From Octopus vulgaris (Eukaryota): a stretch of DNA of 64,000 nucleotides. Where the stretch lies: positions 12,896,001 to 12,960,000 of the forward strand of contig OX597831.1 of the NCBI GenBank assembly GCA_951406725.2. Reading direction: 5' to 3'. Positions 1-12,455 of this stretch are shown here, piece after piece. Every line of letters starts with the position of its first letter. Positions within the stretch are counted from its first letter, which is position 1. The notes under the pieces were generated by a model, which worked only from the letters and a program-made list of their open reading frames with translations, had not been told where the DNA came from and did no database searches. The translations under genes and the position numbers were made by a program.

Positions 1-192
1 ATAAATATATACATATATATATATACATACATTTACATAAATATATACATATATATATATACATATATTTACATAAATATATACATATATATATATACAT
101 ATATATATATACCCCCATAGACTGGCCATAACTATCGTTATCTACTGCTCTATAACTTAGAGTCTGTAACTCTTTTGGATTTATTTGTTGCT

Positions 193-235
<43 letters not shown>

Positions 236-390
236 GAGACTGAAAAATATATATATCTGCACTCACAAACACAGCCACACACACACACACACACACACAT
301 GCAGATACATATATAAATGTTAAATTCTTATATATGATGTCACATAAAAAAAAACAAAAAAACAAATTTATTCACTCACACACACGCACG

Positions 391-430
<40 letters not shown>

Positions 431-867
431 CACACCACAGATCTAAATTGTCCATGTTTTTCCAGTTTTAAAAAGGTAGTATATGATTTAGGGGGGGAAG
501 ATTTGGCTGCTATTTCTAGTAGAGTAAATTACTCTACAGGGACGTTCTTCGTAGCTTGTGGAATATGAAATTTGATAGAACAATTTAGCAGAAACATTTA
601 AAGTATTTCAGCAAAACGAGTTTCATTGTCGTCGCATCCTATTTTAATTTTCATTTCATTTTCAAATACTCCTGAATATTTTAAGAGGAAAATTTTATAT
701 TTTTATCTGTAATGTTTTTTTTTTTTTACAATTTGAAATTTACTAAATATTGATTTTTTCTTCTTTTTTTTTTCAATTTTATGCATGGCATGCTCCCAGA
801 ATTTATAGTTAAGAGATGTGGGGACTTTTATTGAGAGGAATAACCCTGGACCGAGACTATGTATCTA

Positions 868-903
<36 letters not shown>

Positions 904-906
<3 letters not shown>

Positions 907-1066
907 CGTAGGAGTGGCTGTGTGGTAAGTAGCTTGCTTACCAACCACATGGTTCCGGGTTCAGTCCCACTGCGTGGCACCTTGGGCAAGTGTCTTCTAC
1001 TATAGCCCCGGGCCGACCAATGCCTTGTGAGTGGATTTGGTAGACGGAAACTGAAAGAAGCCCGTC

Positions 1067-1114
<48 letters not shown>

Positions 1115-1340
1115 ATGTGTGTGTGTGTGTTTGTGTGTTTGTGTTTGTCCCCCCAACATTGCTTGACAACCGATGCTGGTATGTTTACGTCACCGTATCT
1201 TAGCGGTTCGGCAAAAGGGACCGATGGAATAAGTACTAGGCTCACAAAGAATAAGTCCTGGGGTCGATTTGCTCGACTAAAAAGATGGTGCTCCAGCATG
1301 GCCACAGTCAAGTAACTGAAACAAGTAAAAGAGTAAAAGA
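904..1340 (+). mobile_element. tRNA-derived SINE, family A (full length, young copy)
   Basis: A-box-like GTGGCTGTGTGGT, B-box-like GGTTCAGTCCC, CORE-like CCTTGGGCAAGT, internal (TA)n/(TG)n tract, tail CAGCATGGCCACAGTCAAGTAACTGAAACAAG(TAAAAGAG)n; more than 10 related copies in the window. Confidence 0.9.
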
Positions 1341-1354
1341 TATATATATATATT

Positions 1355-1475
1355 TTAGAGTATCTACGAGATACCACCATGCTGAAAATAGCAGCCATGA
1401 ACCGACTCTAAAACCACCTTAGAGTTGGTTCATGGCTGCTATTTTCAGCATGGTGGTATCTCGTAGATACCCTAA
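1355..1475. repeat. Near-perfect inverted repeat (57-bp arms, 7-nt loop)
   Basis: 1355-1411 is the reverse complement of 1419-1475 with 2 mismatches. Confidence 0.9.
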
Positions 1476-1571
1476 TTCATGATTTTAATAATTATTACCT
1501 TTAAAGGTTATTTTTTCCATGCTGACCACTTGATAAGTTCGTTATTTTATTTTGAATTAACGATTTTATCC

Positions 1572-1627
<56 letters not shown>

Positions 1628-1629
1628 TA

Positions 1630-1782
1630 TTGTGTATGATGTGTTGTGAATTTATAGAAAGAAATTCAACAATTTTGTTAATTAAAATTCTCTGATATAT
1701 TTTAACCTCTTCTCCATTTAAAAAAAAAATTGTTGAATTTTATGAAATTTCTTTCCATAAATTCACAACACATCATATACAA
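1630..1782. repeat. Inverted repeat
   Basis: TTGTGTATGATGTGTTGTGAATTTATAGAAAGAAATT pairs with AATTTCTTTCCATAAATTCACAACACATCATATACAA. Confidence 0.85.
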
Positions 1783-2329
1783 GTATTATTTTCATATTTG
1801 CAGACTTAATTAAGCCAGTAGGCTACCAGCAGAATATGAAGAATCAATATTAGAAATATGTTTTTGAAAACCTCCAAATTAAAGGACAAATCTAATTCAA
1901 CCTTTTTACACACACACACACATACAACTTTTAACAAAGCAATACGCACCTTCTCCTATCAACAATTTTTTTCTCTATATATGCTTATAAACAATTATGA
2001 TTTTTGATGAACTTCTAAATAATCATGAATTTATTTCACTGCCTGTTTTGAACACATTTATGTCAACTGTTTTAACACAAAGCCTCTTTTCACATTTTCT
2101 TAATCATTGTCAAAGATTCTATTTCTTAATATTTTCTTATCACTGTCAAAGACTCTATAATGTACATCTATGTTAACTAATTCTTAACACCACAAAGGCT
2201 ACACAAAGCCTTGCACTTTACTTCTGAAAATCGTTTCTTTAAAATAATTGAAACCAGTCAAGTCAATTAACACCTTTAAAAGATCTGCATTTTCAAATCC
2301 TCTTCGCTATATATATATATATATATATA

Positions 2330-2544
2330 TCACGTGATCACGTGACCGACCAGTCCATCAGATGTAGTTACACATCGCTGATCACAATGCATTCGCATTG
2401 TTTTAGCCTTCGAATGACGCCACCCTGCTGGCTAAGCGAGCAGGCAAACAGAAGAAAGAGTGGTGAAAGAGTACAGCAGGGATCACCAGCCCCTGCCAGA
2501 GCTTCGTGGAGCTTTTAGGTGTTTTCGCTGGGCCATTGCGCCTC

Positions 2545-2547
<3 letters not shown>
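2330..2547 (-). mobile_element. SINE sharing its head with 32010-32390, internally deleted, with a different 3' tail
   Basis: Shares GCCATTGCGCCTCCAC and GAAAGAGTA.AGCAGGGATC with 32230-32390; lacks the B-box region. Confidence 0.7.
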
Positions 2548-2592
<45 letters not shown>

Positions 2593-2595
<3 letters not shown>

Positions 2596-3080
2596 CATCA
2601 TCGTTGTTTTACGTCCATTTTCCATGCTGGCATGGGTTGGACGGTTTGACTGAGGTCTGGAGAGCCAGCAGCTGCACCAGGCTCTAATTTGATCTAGCAA
2701 TTATTCTACAGCTGGATGCCCTTCCTAATGCCAACCACTCCGAGAGTGTAGTGGGTATTTTTTATGTGCCACCGGCATGAGGGTCAGTCAGGCAGGCCTG
2801 GCATCGATCACATTTGGATAGTGCTTTTTACATGCCACCGGCACGGGGACCAGTAAGTGGGTACTGGTATCGGCCATGTTCAGATGGTGCTTTTTACATG
2901 TCACTGGCACGGGAGCCAGTTAGGCAGACCTGGTATTTGGCCACATTCGGATGGTGCTTTTCACATGCCACCGGCACAGGAGCCAGTCAGGGTCACTGAC
3001 CACAGCTATGATATTGGTTTTACCTGACTCAACAGGTTTTCTCAAGCATCAAGGGTACTTTTAACTGGGCCAGGTGCGAT
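2593..3080 (-). mobile_element. RTE-type LINE 3' UTR fragment with (GAT)n tail and about 66-bp internal tandem repeats
   Basis: Reverse strand ends GGACGTAAAACAACGATGATGATG and contains GGAAGGGCATCCAGCTGTAGAA; 3000-3080 is an inverted copy of 3320-3425, which follows an RTE ORF end. Confidence 0.75.
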
Positions 3081-3108
3081 CTCAATTTTTCCTGTTTGCA
3101 CCAACATA

Positions 3109-3186
<78 letters not shown>

Positions 3187-3188
<2 letters not shown>

Positions 3189-3425
3189 AAGACATAAGAT
3201 GAAGTAATGAAGCATGACCTTTGAACATTGGGCCTCACAGAAGCAATGACAGGAAACCAAGACCTTTGGAGATATGCTGTGATTTAGAAGACCCAACAAA
3301 TAAAGTGAGATCGCAACCACGCATGCCTGGCCTAGTTAAGAGTACCCCTGATGCATTGGGTAATATGATATGCTTGAGAAGACCTGTTGAGTCAAGTAAA
3401 ACCAATATCATAGCTGTGGTCAGTA
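3187..3425 (+). mobile_element. RTE LINE ORF2 C-terminus remnant plus start of 3' UTR
   Basis: Translates with stops as RKT*DEVMKHDL*TLGLTEAMTGNQDLWRYAV, matching the RTE C-terminal R(K)TW.E.V..DL...GL......DR..WR pattern. Confidence 0.75.
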
Positions 3426-5159
3426 TATTGGGTGGGTTTTTTTTTCTTATATGGCACTAGAATCTGTAATCACAATTAAATTCCACATAAAGGCATGAAA
3501 TGAGGTTTTAGTTGTCCCTCCATAAATGGCAAATACATATTAGTGGTAAGAATCTCTCAAGAGGTGAACGGCAGGTTTTCAGAGAAGAACCTTACCCCAC
3601 CCCCACACACACACCAGAAAGTGTTTCAGCCCTTAATTACATACATACGTGTGCATGTGTGTGCATGTGTGTGTGTGTGCATGTATGTGTGCGTGTGTGT
3701 GTGTGCTGCACACATTTTCTCCTTTTGTCCGGCTTTTGTCAATCCACGATTATGCTTTAGCTAAAAGTTTGTGAAATAATAATATTTGTTATATGAAATA
3801 CAAAAAATTTGCAAGCAATGAGCAATGGATAGATGGACATTAACCAACCGTTTGCACACACTTTCCCAGCCATTTATATGCTAGCGCAGTCTATTCATGC
3901 GTTGTTCAAATTTTAGCTCATTGGCTAAATATTTTGTTTCAACAGAAAAACTGTTGTACAATTTGTCGAATTAACATACAGTTCCTATCTGCTTTCCCAC
4001 CACTTATACACATGCACAGTCTGCTCATGGTTTGTCCTTCAAACTTCAGCTCACTAAACGAATGGACTTCCACTAACTTACATGCCAAGTCTAATTGCTG
4101 TACGTTGATCAAATTACAGTTTGTTTATGAAAGCTTAAATTTCATTGGAAAAACTGTTTGTTAATCAAATTTGTTTGCATAGAGAACTGTTTATGTATGG
4201 GTTATCTACTGTGTATGTGTGAATCTCTGTCCATTTTCCTTTTTAAGCTTGACCACTGACTCAGTTATGCTTCTCTCAACCTCTCAATTCCTTCTCTACT
4301 TTCAACCCAGGGGTTGTTTTTGAACCCTTCAGTCTATCTTTCTATTTGTCCACTTCCCATTTCCAGTCCTCCAGGACGTTTTCTACTGTGTTACTTATAC
4401 ATATGTCTTGTCTCAGAACCACATGACTTTTATTTTGTTTGTGTATTTACATCCATACCCTCACCCATTACCTGTGTTGTGTTTGGTTTTGTCATTGTCA
4501 TCAATGTTTGCTCATTATTCCCAGCAGCCTTCTGTTGTTGACACAACCAAAAATGAACACTATTATAATTAAAGGAGTGAAATTGTAATGATATTTAGAT
4601 GATAACTGATGAGGAAAGACCTTGTCTATGTCTTGTGTGTGAATTTTCCATTTGCTTCTTTGTGTTCTGTTTAATTTCTGATATAAGACCCATCCTCTAC
4701 AACAGAAGTGTTAAGGCCACTCCCCCTGGTGAAGAGGACTGGCCTACAAGCGACCTGTTCCAGTGCACATTGAAAGCACCCAGCACACATTATAAAGTGG
4801 TTGGCATTAGGAAGGGCATGAAGCTGTAGAAACCAGGCCAAGTCAGACTGGAACCTGGTGTAGCTCACCAGCTTGCCAGCTCCCATCAAAACACCCAACC
4901 CATACTAGCACAGAAAACAGACATTAAAGGAAGATATTGATATATACATAGACTGACCAGGTAATCACGTACCTTCTCCACAAGGAACGTGTTTCTGTCT
5001 CTCTGCCACACTCTAACCATTCATCATCTGGCACAAGATCATCTCCTTCGATGGTCCATCATCACTCAACCTACCTGGTGATCAGGCAACCTACTTGATG
5101 ACCTGGCCAGTACTTCAAAAAGAACCATGCCAAAACTGATCTTGTCTGTGTTGGTCCCA

Positions 5160-5330
5160 TGTAAAAAGCACTCGGCCCAGTCTGTACAGCGGTTGGTGTT
5201 AGGAAGGGCATCCAGCTGTAGAAACCCTGCCAACAAAGACAGTGAAACCTGGTGCAGCCTTCTGCCCAGCCAGCTCTTGTCAAACCGTCCAACCCACACC
5301 AGCGTGGAAAGTGAACGTTAAATGATGAGG
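5160..5330 (+). mobile_element. RTE-tail repeat fragment (similar copy at 4780-4930)
   Basis: GGTTGGTGTTAGGAAGGGCATCCAGCTGTAGAAAC...GTCCAACCCA...AACGTTAAATGATGA. Confidence 0.75.
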
Positions 5331-5603
5331 ATGCAAGCATGTCTGTGTGGTTAAGTAGGTCACTTCACAACCACATGGCTTTAGGTTTTAGTCCCCCAGT
5401 GCAGCACTTTGAGCAAGTGTCTTCGACTATACACCCAGTATAATCAATGCCTTGTGAGTGAATTTAGTAGATGGAAACTGTGAGGAAGACTGTCATATAC
5501 ATTTGTGTGGGTGTGTGTGTGTGTTTGTGCATATATGTGTTACGTATGCAGGTTACATGACTTTGTACTGGTCTCCCATCACTGCTGTATATATATATTT
5601 ATA

Positions 5604-5678
<75 letters not shown>

Positions 5679-5692
5679 ATGTATATATCTAT

Positions 5693-6150
5693 AGGCGCAG
5701 GCGTGGTTGTGTGCTAAGAAGCTTGCTGACCAACCACATGATACTGGGTTCAGTCCCACTGTGTGGCAGCTTGGGCAAGTGTCTTCTACTATAGCCTTGG
5801 GCCAACCAAAGCCTTGTGAATGGATTTGGTAGACAGAAACTGAAAGAAGCCCGTTGCGTATATATATGTATGTGTGTGTGTGCGTGTGTGTGCTGTGCAT
5901 GTATATATATATATATATATATATATGCTTGTGTGTATATGTTTGTGTGTCAGTGTTTGTACCCCCACCATTGCTTGACAACTGATGTTGGTGTGTTTAC
6001 ATCCCCGTAACTTAGAGGATTGGCAAAAGGGCCCGATAGAATAAGTACAAGGCTTACAAAGAATAAGTCCTGGTGTTGATTTGCTCGACCAAAGGAGGTG
6101 CTCTAGCATGGCCACAGTCAAATGACTGAAACAAGTAAAAGAATCAAAGA
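5693..6150 (+). mobile_element. SINE family A (CpG-decayed copy; partial copy at 5336-5492)
   Basis: Colinear with 904-1340. Confidence 0.9.
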
Positions 6151-6176
6151 ATATATATATATATAATGTATGTATA

Positions 6177-6225
<49 letters not shown>

Positions 6226-6304
6226 ATGTATATATGTGTGTGTGTGTGTGTGTATGTATATATGTGTGTGTGTGTATGTATGTATATATGTGTGTGTGTG
6301 TATG

Positions 6305-6371
<67 letters not shown>

Positions 6372-7209
6372 GTATGTATATAGGTATGTAAGGACACACA
6401 GAATAATATTCTTACTGTAGGTATGATATCAAGTGCAGAATGGAATTGCATAAGCTAACTCATCTCTCCGCATTTGCCATTCATGTAAAAAGCAGATGTG
6501 AAGATAATGCTGATCATGATGACAATGTTGTATAAATTATGTATGTTTGTGTATATACACCCACACACATAACACAAAGCCAACATGGAGGATTAATCAT
6601 CTCATTCGCCACTTTCAGTCAACCTCACGGATCCACTTATAGCAATGCAGCTGGTATGAGTTTTTGTTATGGTTTTTATTTTATTTGTGCAATTTGGTTT
6701 TCTTTTAACTTACAAATCATATTTAATTAAGCAAATCAAGCAAATTCAAGACATTAATTTAGATTAATATTAACAGTAAATAAGAGTAAAAACAATAATA
6801 ATAATAATGATGACTTCTTTTATTTGCCACAAGGATGTCAGATGAGGAGAACATTACAAGGACAGTACAGAGTTTATGTGAGTGTTTACATAAAAGATGG
6901 GAAGAAATTAAATAAAATATTTGATATTTAAATAAAAAATTACATAGAATACAAAATATATGACTAAATCTATAAAGCTGTGCTCTTGTTAGAAGAGGGT
7001 CCCCAGTTAGGACCAATCAAGGAATCTCCGATCTAGGATCACGCTGGCCATTAAGGACACAAGCCCTCTCCCAAATATTATGCTCCAATCTGCTACAGTT
7101 TTGCCATGGCTTGTGTGCTTAGGAGTCAGGGTGATAGTGGATGTGAGGGGGTTCCTTGAGTGGCCCCTAGCTGGAGGGTTTTCCTTTATGAAGCGGACAG
7201 CATTGTTTC

Positions 7210-7411
7210 TAAATTTGGGACAAGGTCAGAAATTTTGAGGAGAGAGGGAAGCTAATTGCATTAACACCCAGCACTGAACTGGTAGAGAAATTCCCAAAAC
7301 GATGAAAGGTGAAGTTGATCTTGGTGGAATTTGAACTCAGAATGTAAAGATCCCAAAGAAATGCTAAGAATTTTGTCTGGTATGCCAATGATTCTGCCAG
7401 CTCAGCACAAC

Positions 7412-7447
<36 letters not shown>

Positions 7448-7880
7448 AAGGAGGAGGAGGGGGAGGAAGAAAAGGAGAAGAAGAAGAAGAAGAAGAAGAA
7501 GAAGAAGAAGAAGAAGAAGAAGAAGAAGAAGAAGAAGAATCCTTTATACTAAAGGCACAAGGCATGAAATTAGGTGGGAGGGGAGTAGTTGATTACATTG
7601 ATCTCAGTGCATAACTGGTACTTAATTTATCGACCCTGAAAGGATGAAAGACAAAGTCGACCTCAACAGAATTTGAACTCAGAATGTAAAGATAGACAAA
7701 ATACTGCCGAGCATTTTGCCCGGCATGCTAACGATTCTGCCAATAATGGCTTCAAATTTTAGCACAAGGCCAGCAATTTCAGGGGAGGGAACTACTCAGT
7801 TACGCTGACCCAGTATTCAACTGGTATTTATTTTATCGAGTGCGAAAAGGGTGAAAAACAAAGTCAGTTCTCTCAGCTCG
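7210..7880 (-). mobile_element. Cluster of three SINE family B copies separated by (AAT)n/(AAG)n
   Basis: Repeated GAAAG.CAAAGTC.ACCTC...GAATTTGAACTCAGAA core. Confidence 0.8.
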
Positions 7881-8409
7881 CAACATTATCAACATCACCA
7901 TCATTTCACATCTGTTTTCCACAGACAGTTTGACAAGAGCCAACTAGCTGAAGGGCTGTTCAGGCTCCCTGCCTGTTCTGGCATGGCTTCTATGGTGTAA
8001 TGCCCTTCCTAAAACCAACCACTTTACAAAGTATACTGGGTGCTTTTACGCAGCACTAGCTAACCCCTATTAATATTCTTATAATTTATAAACTCTTAAT
8101 CTTAATACATAATCATTACCATGCAACCGAATAAATCTTACTAATAATGATAACCCCAAAGTAGCCTCACAAACTCCAAAAACAACCACAATAATAACCA
8201 AATACAAATTCAAACTAAAGAAAAAAATTTAGAAAGAACTCTTAAAATATGAAAACAAAAAAAAATCAACTAAAAGTAGCATTATCAACAGAAAACCCCA
8301 CTCAAATCCAAGAGCCCACAAGATTAGGGATTTTCAGCAGGAATCTTTAGAGGGTTGCAGGGGACAAGCCTGTATGTAAGGGTAACCATGCTTTTACTTA
8401 ATCTGGTGT

Positions 8410-8575
8410 ATCTTTTCAAGCACAGCAAACCACCAGGAGTCTCAATCCCCTGCCATCCCCTCTGTGAGTCTCCACATTTGTAGATCCTTTCTCACCACTT
8501 TGCTCCATATCATGCTGGGTCAACCCTTTCCATACGTTCCCCCTACAGTCAGAGACTGGCATCTCTTGATGCAAC
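8410..8575 (-). mobile_element. RTE LINE ORF2 C-terminal remnant
   Basis: Minus strand reads CIKRCQSLTVGGTYGKG*PSMIWSKVVRKDLQMWRLTEGMAGD*DSWWFAVLEK, a degenerate RTE GRGRPRKTW motif. Confidence 0.7.
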
Positions 8576-8591
8576 AGCAACAACAACAAGA

Positions 8592-9056
8592 ATCTTTTCT
8601 ACTGGATGAACAAGGCTTCAAATTTGGGGGAAGGGATTAAGTCGATTACATCTACCCCAGTGAGTAACTGGTACTTATTTAATCAACCCCGAAAGGATAA
8701 AAGGCAAAGTCGACCCCAGCGTAATTTGAACTCAGAATTTAGTGACAAATGAAATACTGCTAAGTATTTCACCCAGTGTGTTAACAATTCTGCCAGCTCA
8801 CCACCTTAAGAACAACTACAACAACAATAATAATAATAATGGTTTCAAATTTTGGCACAAGGCCAGCAATTTCAGAGAAGTGGGTAAAGTTTATTGACCC
8901 TCCACAGGGTTTAACAGAGCACTTATCTTATTGACCCTGAAATAACGAAAGGGAAAGTCAACCTCAGCAGAATTTGAACTCAGAACGCAAAGATGGACAA
9001 AATGCCACAAAGCGTTTCTTCTGGCGTGCGACTGATTCTATCAGTTTGCTGCCTTA
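8592..9056 (-). mobile_element. Two SINE family B copies
   Basis: Same core as other family B copies. Confidence 0.8.
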
Positions 9057-9899
9057 AAAATAACAACAACAACAACATTAATGGTGACGAGACGATGATT
9101 AATTTTGATTCTAGTCAGGAGGTGGTGTGTTAGTTAATTGCTCCAACAGCAATACTACAAAGGTCCTTACGGACCCTAAAATTATAATAAACAAAGTTGT
9201 CCACCGTAATGGGGCTTGTGCTATATCTAGACAAAACTTTTCTCTTGTTCCTTTCATTTGTTGTTATTTGGGTCTGTAACTTAGGGGTTTGACAAACGGA
9301 GACTGATAAAATAAGTACTTGGCTTAAAACTAATAAGTAGTGAGGTTGATTTGTGAGAATAAACTCTTCAAAGTGGTGTTCCAGCATGGCCACAGTCCAA
9401 TAACTGAAACAAGATACACCCCACCCCCGCCCAACATCTAAAACTCAAAACACACAATTTAATCAATAATTACAAGTGTATAAATTGAATTGAATTACAG
9501 GTGCATAAATTGAATTGTATCACAATAGAATTGGACACTACCACAACACAGACTGAAGAAATGGTTCTTAAAAGCATAAAGTGTATAACAGAACTGTCAT
9601 TGTGCACCCACACACTGTGAGTATTCAGAAATCTATAAATACATATCCATGCAACAACTCTTAACGATACAATGGACTGAAATATATGAGATACAATGTC
9701 AACTACTTCCTGTAAAAAGTGGTCGACAGTTACATCAAAATCACTCCAAAGGCTGGCTTTGCATACATTTATAAATAGCCAATTAAATAGACAGAGAAAC
9801 AAACAGATGGACAGTGAAGCATAGGAACTAGAATAGAAGAGAAAAGAAGGTTCACAATCAATTTTATTAGCAGGACTCTTAAGTGAGAAGGGGAAAAAG

Positions 9900-10134
9900 T
9901 TAACCCTCCAGCATTTAAACCAGCCATGTCCGGCCTGAATATTCTACTAGTTTTACTAAATGTTCTGCAGGTTCAAACCAACCAGATCTGGTCTCTTACA
10001 CCTACTCAACAATGTCATTCTTAAAATATACAATGACGTTATTAAAATTTCAAGGCTATTAGATAATGTATGATTAATTTCTAAACAAAGAATTATCGCA
10101 TTTGACAGAGTAATCCAAACGGTAAAGGGGTTAA
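9900..10134. mobile_element. piggyBac-type MITE, second family (partial second copy to about 10283)
   Basis: TTAA|CCCT...GGGG|TTAA termini; internal sequence repeated at 10135-10283. Confidence 0.55.
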
Positions 10135-10409
10135 ATTAGCCATATCCGGTCAAAGTCTTCCAGCTGTTTTATGTCATGTCATCAGAATTTTGAAATTACA
10201 AGAGAAAGCAAGATTAATTCAAAACATTGTGAATAAACAAGAATGATATTCGACAGAGTAATCCGAGAACACTGAAGGATTAATGACTACAACACTTTGG
10301 ATAATAGAAAAAGAAAAGGAAAGATCAGGAGAGACTGGGAAATGAAAGAAAAAAGGGGGGAAGAAGGAAGTTATCCCAATGAGAGAAACCTTATGGCATT
10401 GGTCTACAA

Positions 10410-11242
10410 TAGTGGTTCTCAACCGTTTCTTGTTGTTATTTTCACCTGTGTACCATTTTGATTTCTCTTTTACTCAAATGGACCCCCATCTAATTTATAT
10501 TTTTATAATTTTAGGACAAAAATATTATAAAGAATTGTATTCTTTGATTCTTTTACTTGTTTCAGTCATTTGACTGTGGCCATACTGGAGCACCACCTTT
10601 AGTCGATCAAATCGATCCCAGGACTTATTCTTTGTAAGCCTAGTACTTATTCTGTCAGTCTCTTTTGCTGAACCGCTAAGTTACAGGGATGTAAATACAC
10701 CAGCATCAGTTCTCAAGTGATGTTGGAGGGACAAACACAGACACACAAACATCTACACACACATACATATAAATAGAGTCAAAATTCCTACAAAAGTTAG
10801 TTCAATTTGAAAACTCCACTAGAGTGGACGAAAGCACTAATATATATGATTTATAAAAACATGTAATATACAAATAAATATCTGTAAATATAAAACCATC
10901 CAGATTTCTGAGTACCTCATTTCTTCTAATACATACATACATACATATATATATACGACGGGCTTCTTTCAGTTTCCGTCTATCAAATGCCCTCACAAGG
11001 CTTTGGTCGGCCCGAGGCTATAGTAGAAGACACTTGCCCAAGGTGCCATGCAGTAGGACTGAACCTGGAACCATGTGATTGGTAAACAAGCTACTTACCA
11101 CACAGCAACTCCTATATAAAAAAAGTTGTTAAAATATTCTGTGAATAACCAATTTATTATACACAGATTTTAAGAACAAAATGGACCCCCAAGGATCATA
11201 TGGACTCCTGAGGGTCATGTGGAGCCCAGTTGAGAACCACTT
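10410..11242. mobile_element. hAT/Charlie-type MITE interrupted by a SINE
   Basis: TIRs AGTGGTTCTCAAC / GTTGAGAACCACT; related copies at 15640-16282 and about 52970-53530. Confidence 0.7.
10541..11113 (-). mobile_element. SINE family A, with about 160 bp inserted in its internal microsatellite
   Basis: Reverse complement of 904-1340 plus extra sequence at about 10775-10930. Confidence 0.9.
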
Positions 11243-11579
11243 GTCCACCGGTGTTAGCCACCGATTGACCGGAAATAAAGAGTTGACTAATTGGGGCATG
11301 TTTTGGTAGGAGACTTAAACAGAAGGACAGGTAAGTCTGTTCATGTTAAAGTGAGTATATATATATATATGTCTGTGTGTTTGAGGGGGGGGGGAGTGTT
11401 TCTGTGTGATTGGTACAGAGTAATAATTTACATGAACCACATGCGACTACGTTCGTGTTTGTGTAGGTTAGCTACATGTACATATCCATGTAGAGAATAC
11501 AGAAATGTGTCTGTTTTTCACATTGTATTTATTCTCCATGTGTCTGTATGCTCATGTGCTGCCAAACAGAAAGATGAAC

Positions 11580-11647
<68 letters not shown>

Positions 11648-12149
11648 TATATACGGGTTAATGATCATGTTTACCACTTGCTGTGAACTTAATGGATTTA
11701 TTTTACGTATCAGAAATATTTCGTATTGCAGCTGCTGAAGATTATAATTGCATAATTCAAGTTTTGTTGTTTTTTTTTAAAACATAAAACATATTTTCAT
11801 TTAATCAAATCAAAGATATTTGGAGTATATAGTTCAATAATAATAATAATAATAATAATAATAATCATAATAATAATAATAATTATAATTCTTTGTTCCA
11901 TCTATTTAAGGCCTGAAATTTTAGTGGGAGGAGGGCAGTCGATTATATAGATCACTAGTGCTCAAACTGGTATTTATTTCATTGACCCCTGAATGGACAA
12001 AAGGCTGAGTTGACCTCAGTGGAATTTGAACTCAGAATGGTAAAAAAGCAGGAAGAAATGCTTGAGCATTCTGACAGACTGCTGTCTTAATAATAGCCCT
12101 TTCATATTTTGGCAATTCTGAGGGGAGGGGGAGGTTGATTACAGTGACC

Positions 12150-12327
12150 ATCCCCACCCCACCCTAGATGGGACACCAGTCCATAGCAGGATTAGTCCTT
12201 TCTGCCAGCTGAGTGGACAGGAGCAACGTGAAATGAAGTGTTTTGCTCAAGAACACAATGCATCGCCTGGTCCAGGTATCGAAACCACAATCTTATGCTC
12301 ATGAGCTCAACATCCTAACCACTAAGT
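12150..12327 (-). mobile_element. tRNA/CORE-headed SINE with V-domain-like 3' part
   Basis: Head and CORE as in 38421-38560, then CCTGCTATGGACTGGTGTCCCATCTAG (V-SINE-like) on the minus strand. Confidence 0.6.
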
Positions 12328-12455
12328 CCCAAACAGTTCTGATTCATCCAACCCATGATTGAAAACATTCAAATCACTTTTCTAAGCCATTTATCTTACG
12401 TTTTGCATGAGTAATGTACAACGAACATTGACCTATAAAGCCATGTTTTTTCTCT

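Noticed and set aside
1420-1530. Type-III hammerhead reading of the 1.4-kb hairpin arm
   Set aside because: Both core boxes deviate (CTGAAAA, GAAC), so the match is not convincing.
4600-4632. CTGATGA-G-GAAA hammerhead-like motif
   Set aside because: Stem II is absent and stem I is weak, so it cannot form the ribozyme as written.
9470-9802. 110-aa minus-strand ORF with an internal acceptor-like site
   Set aside because: No recognisable protein similarity and no good donor site.
11291-11335. VGDLNRRTG resemblance to an EF-G motif
   Set aside because: Only a few residues match and there is no flanking similarity.
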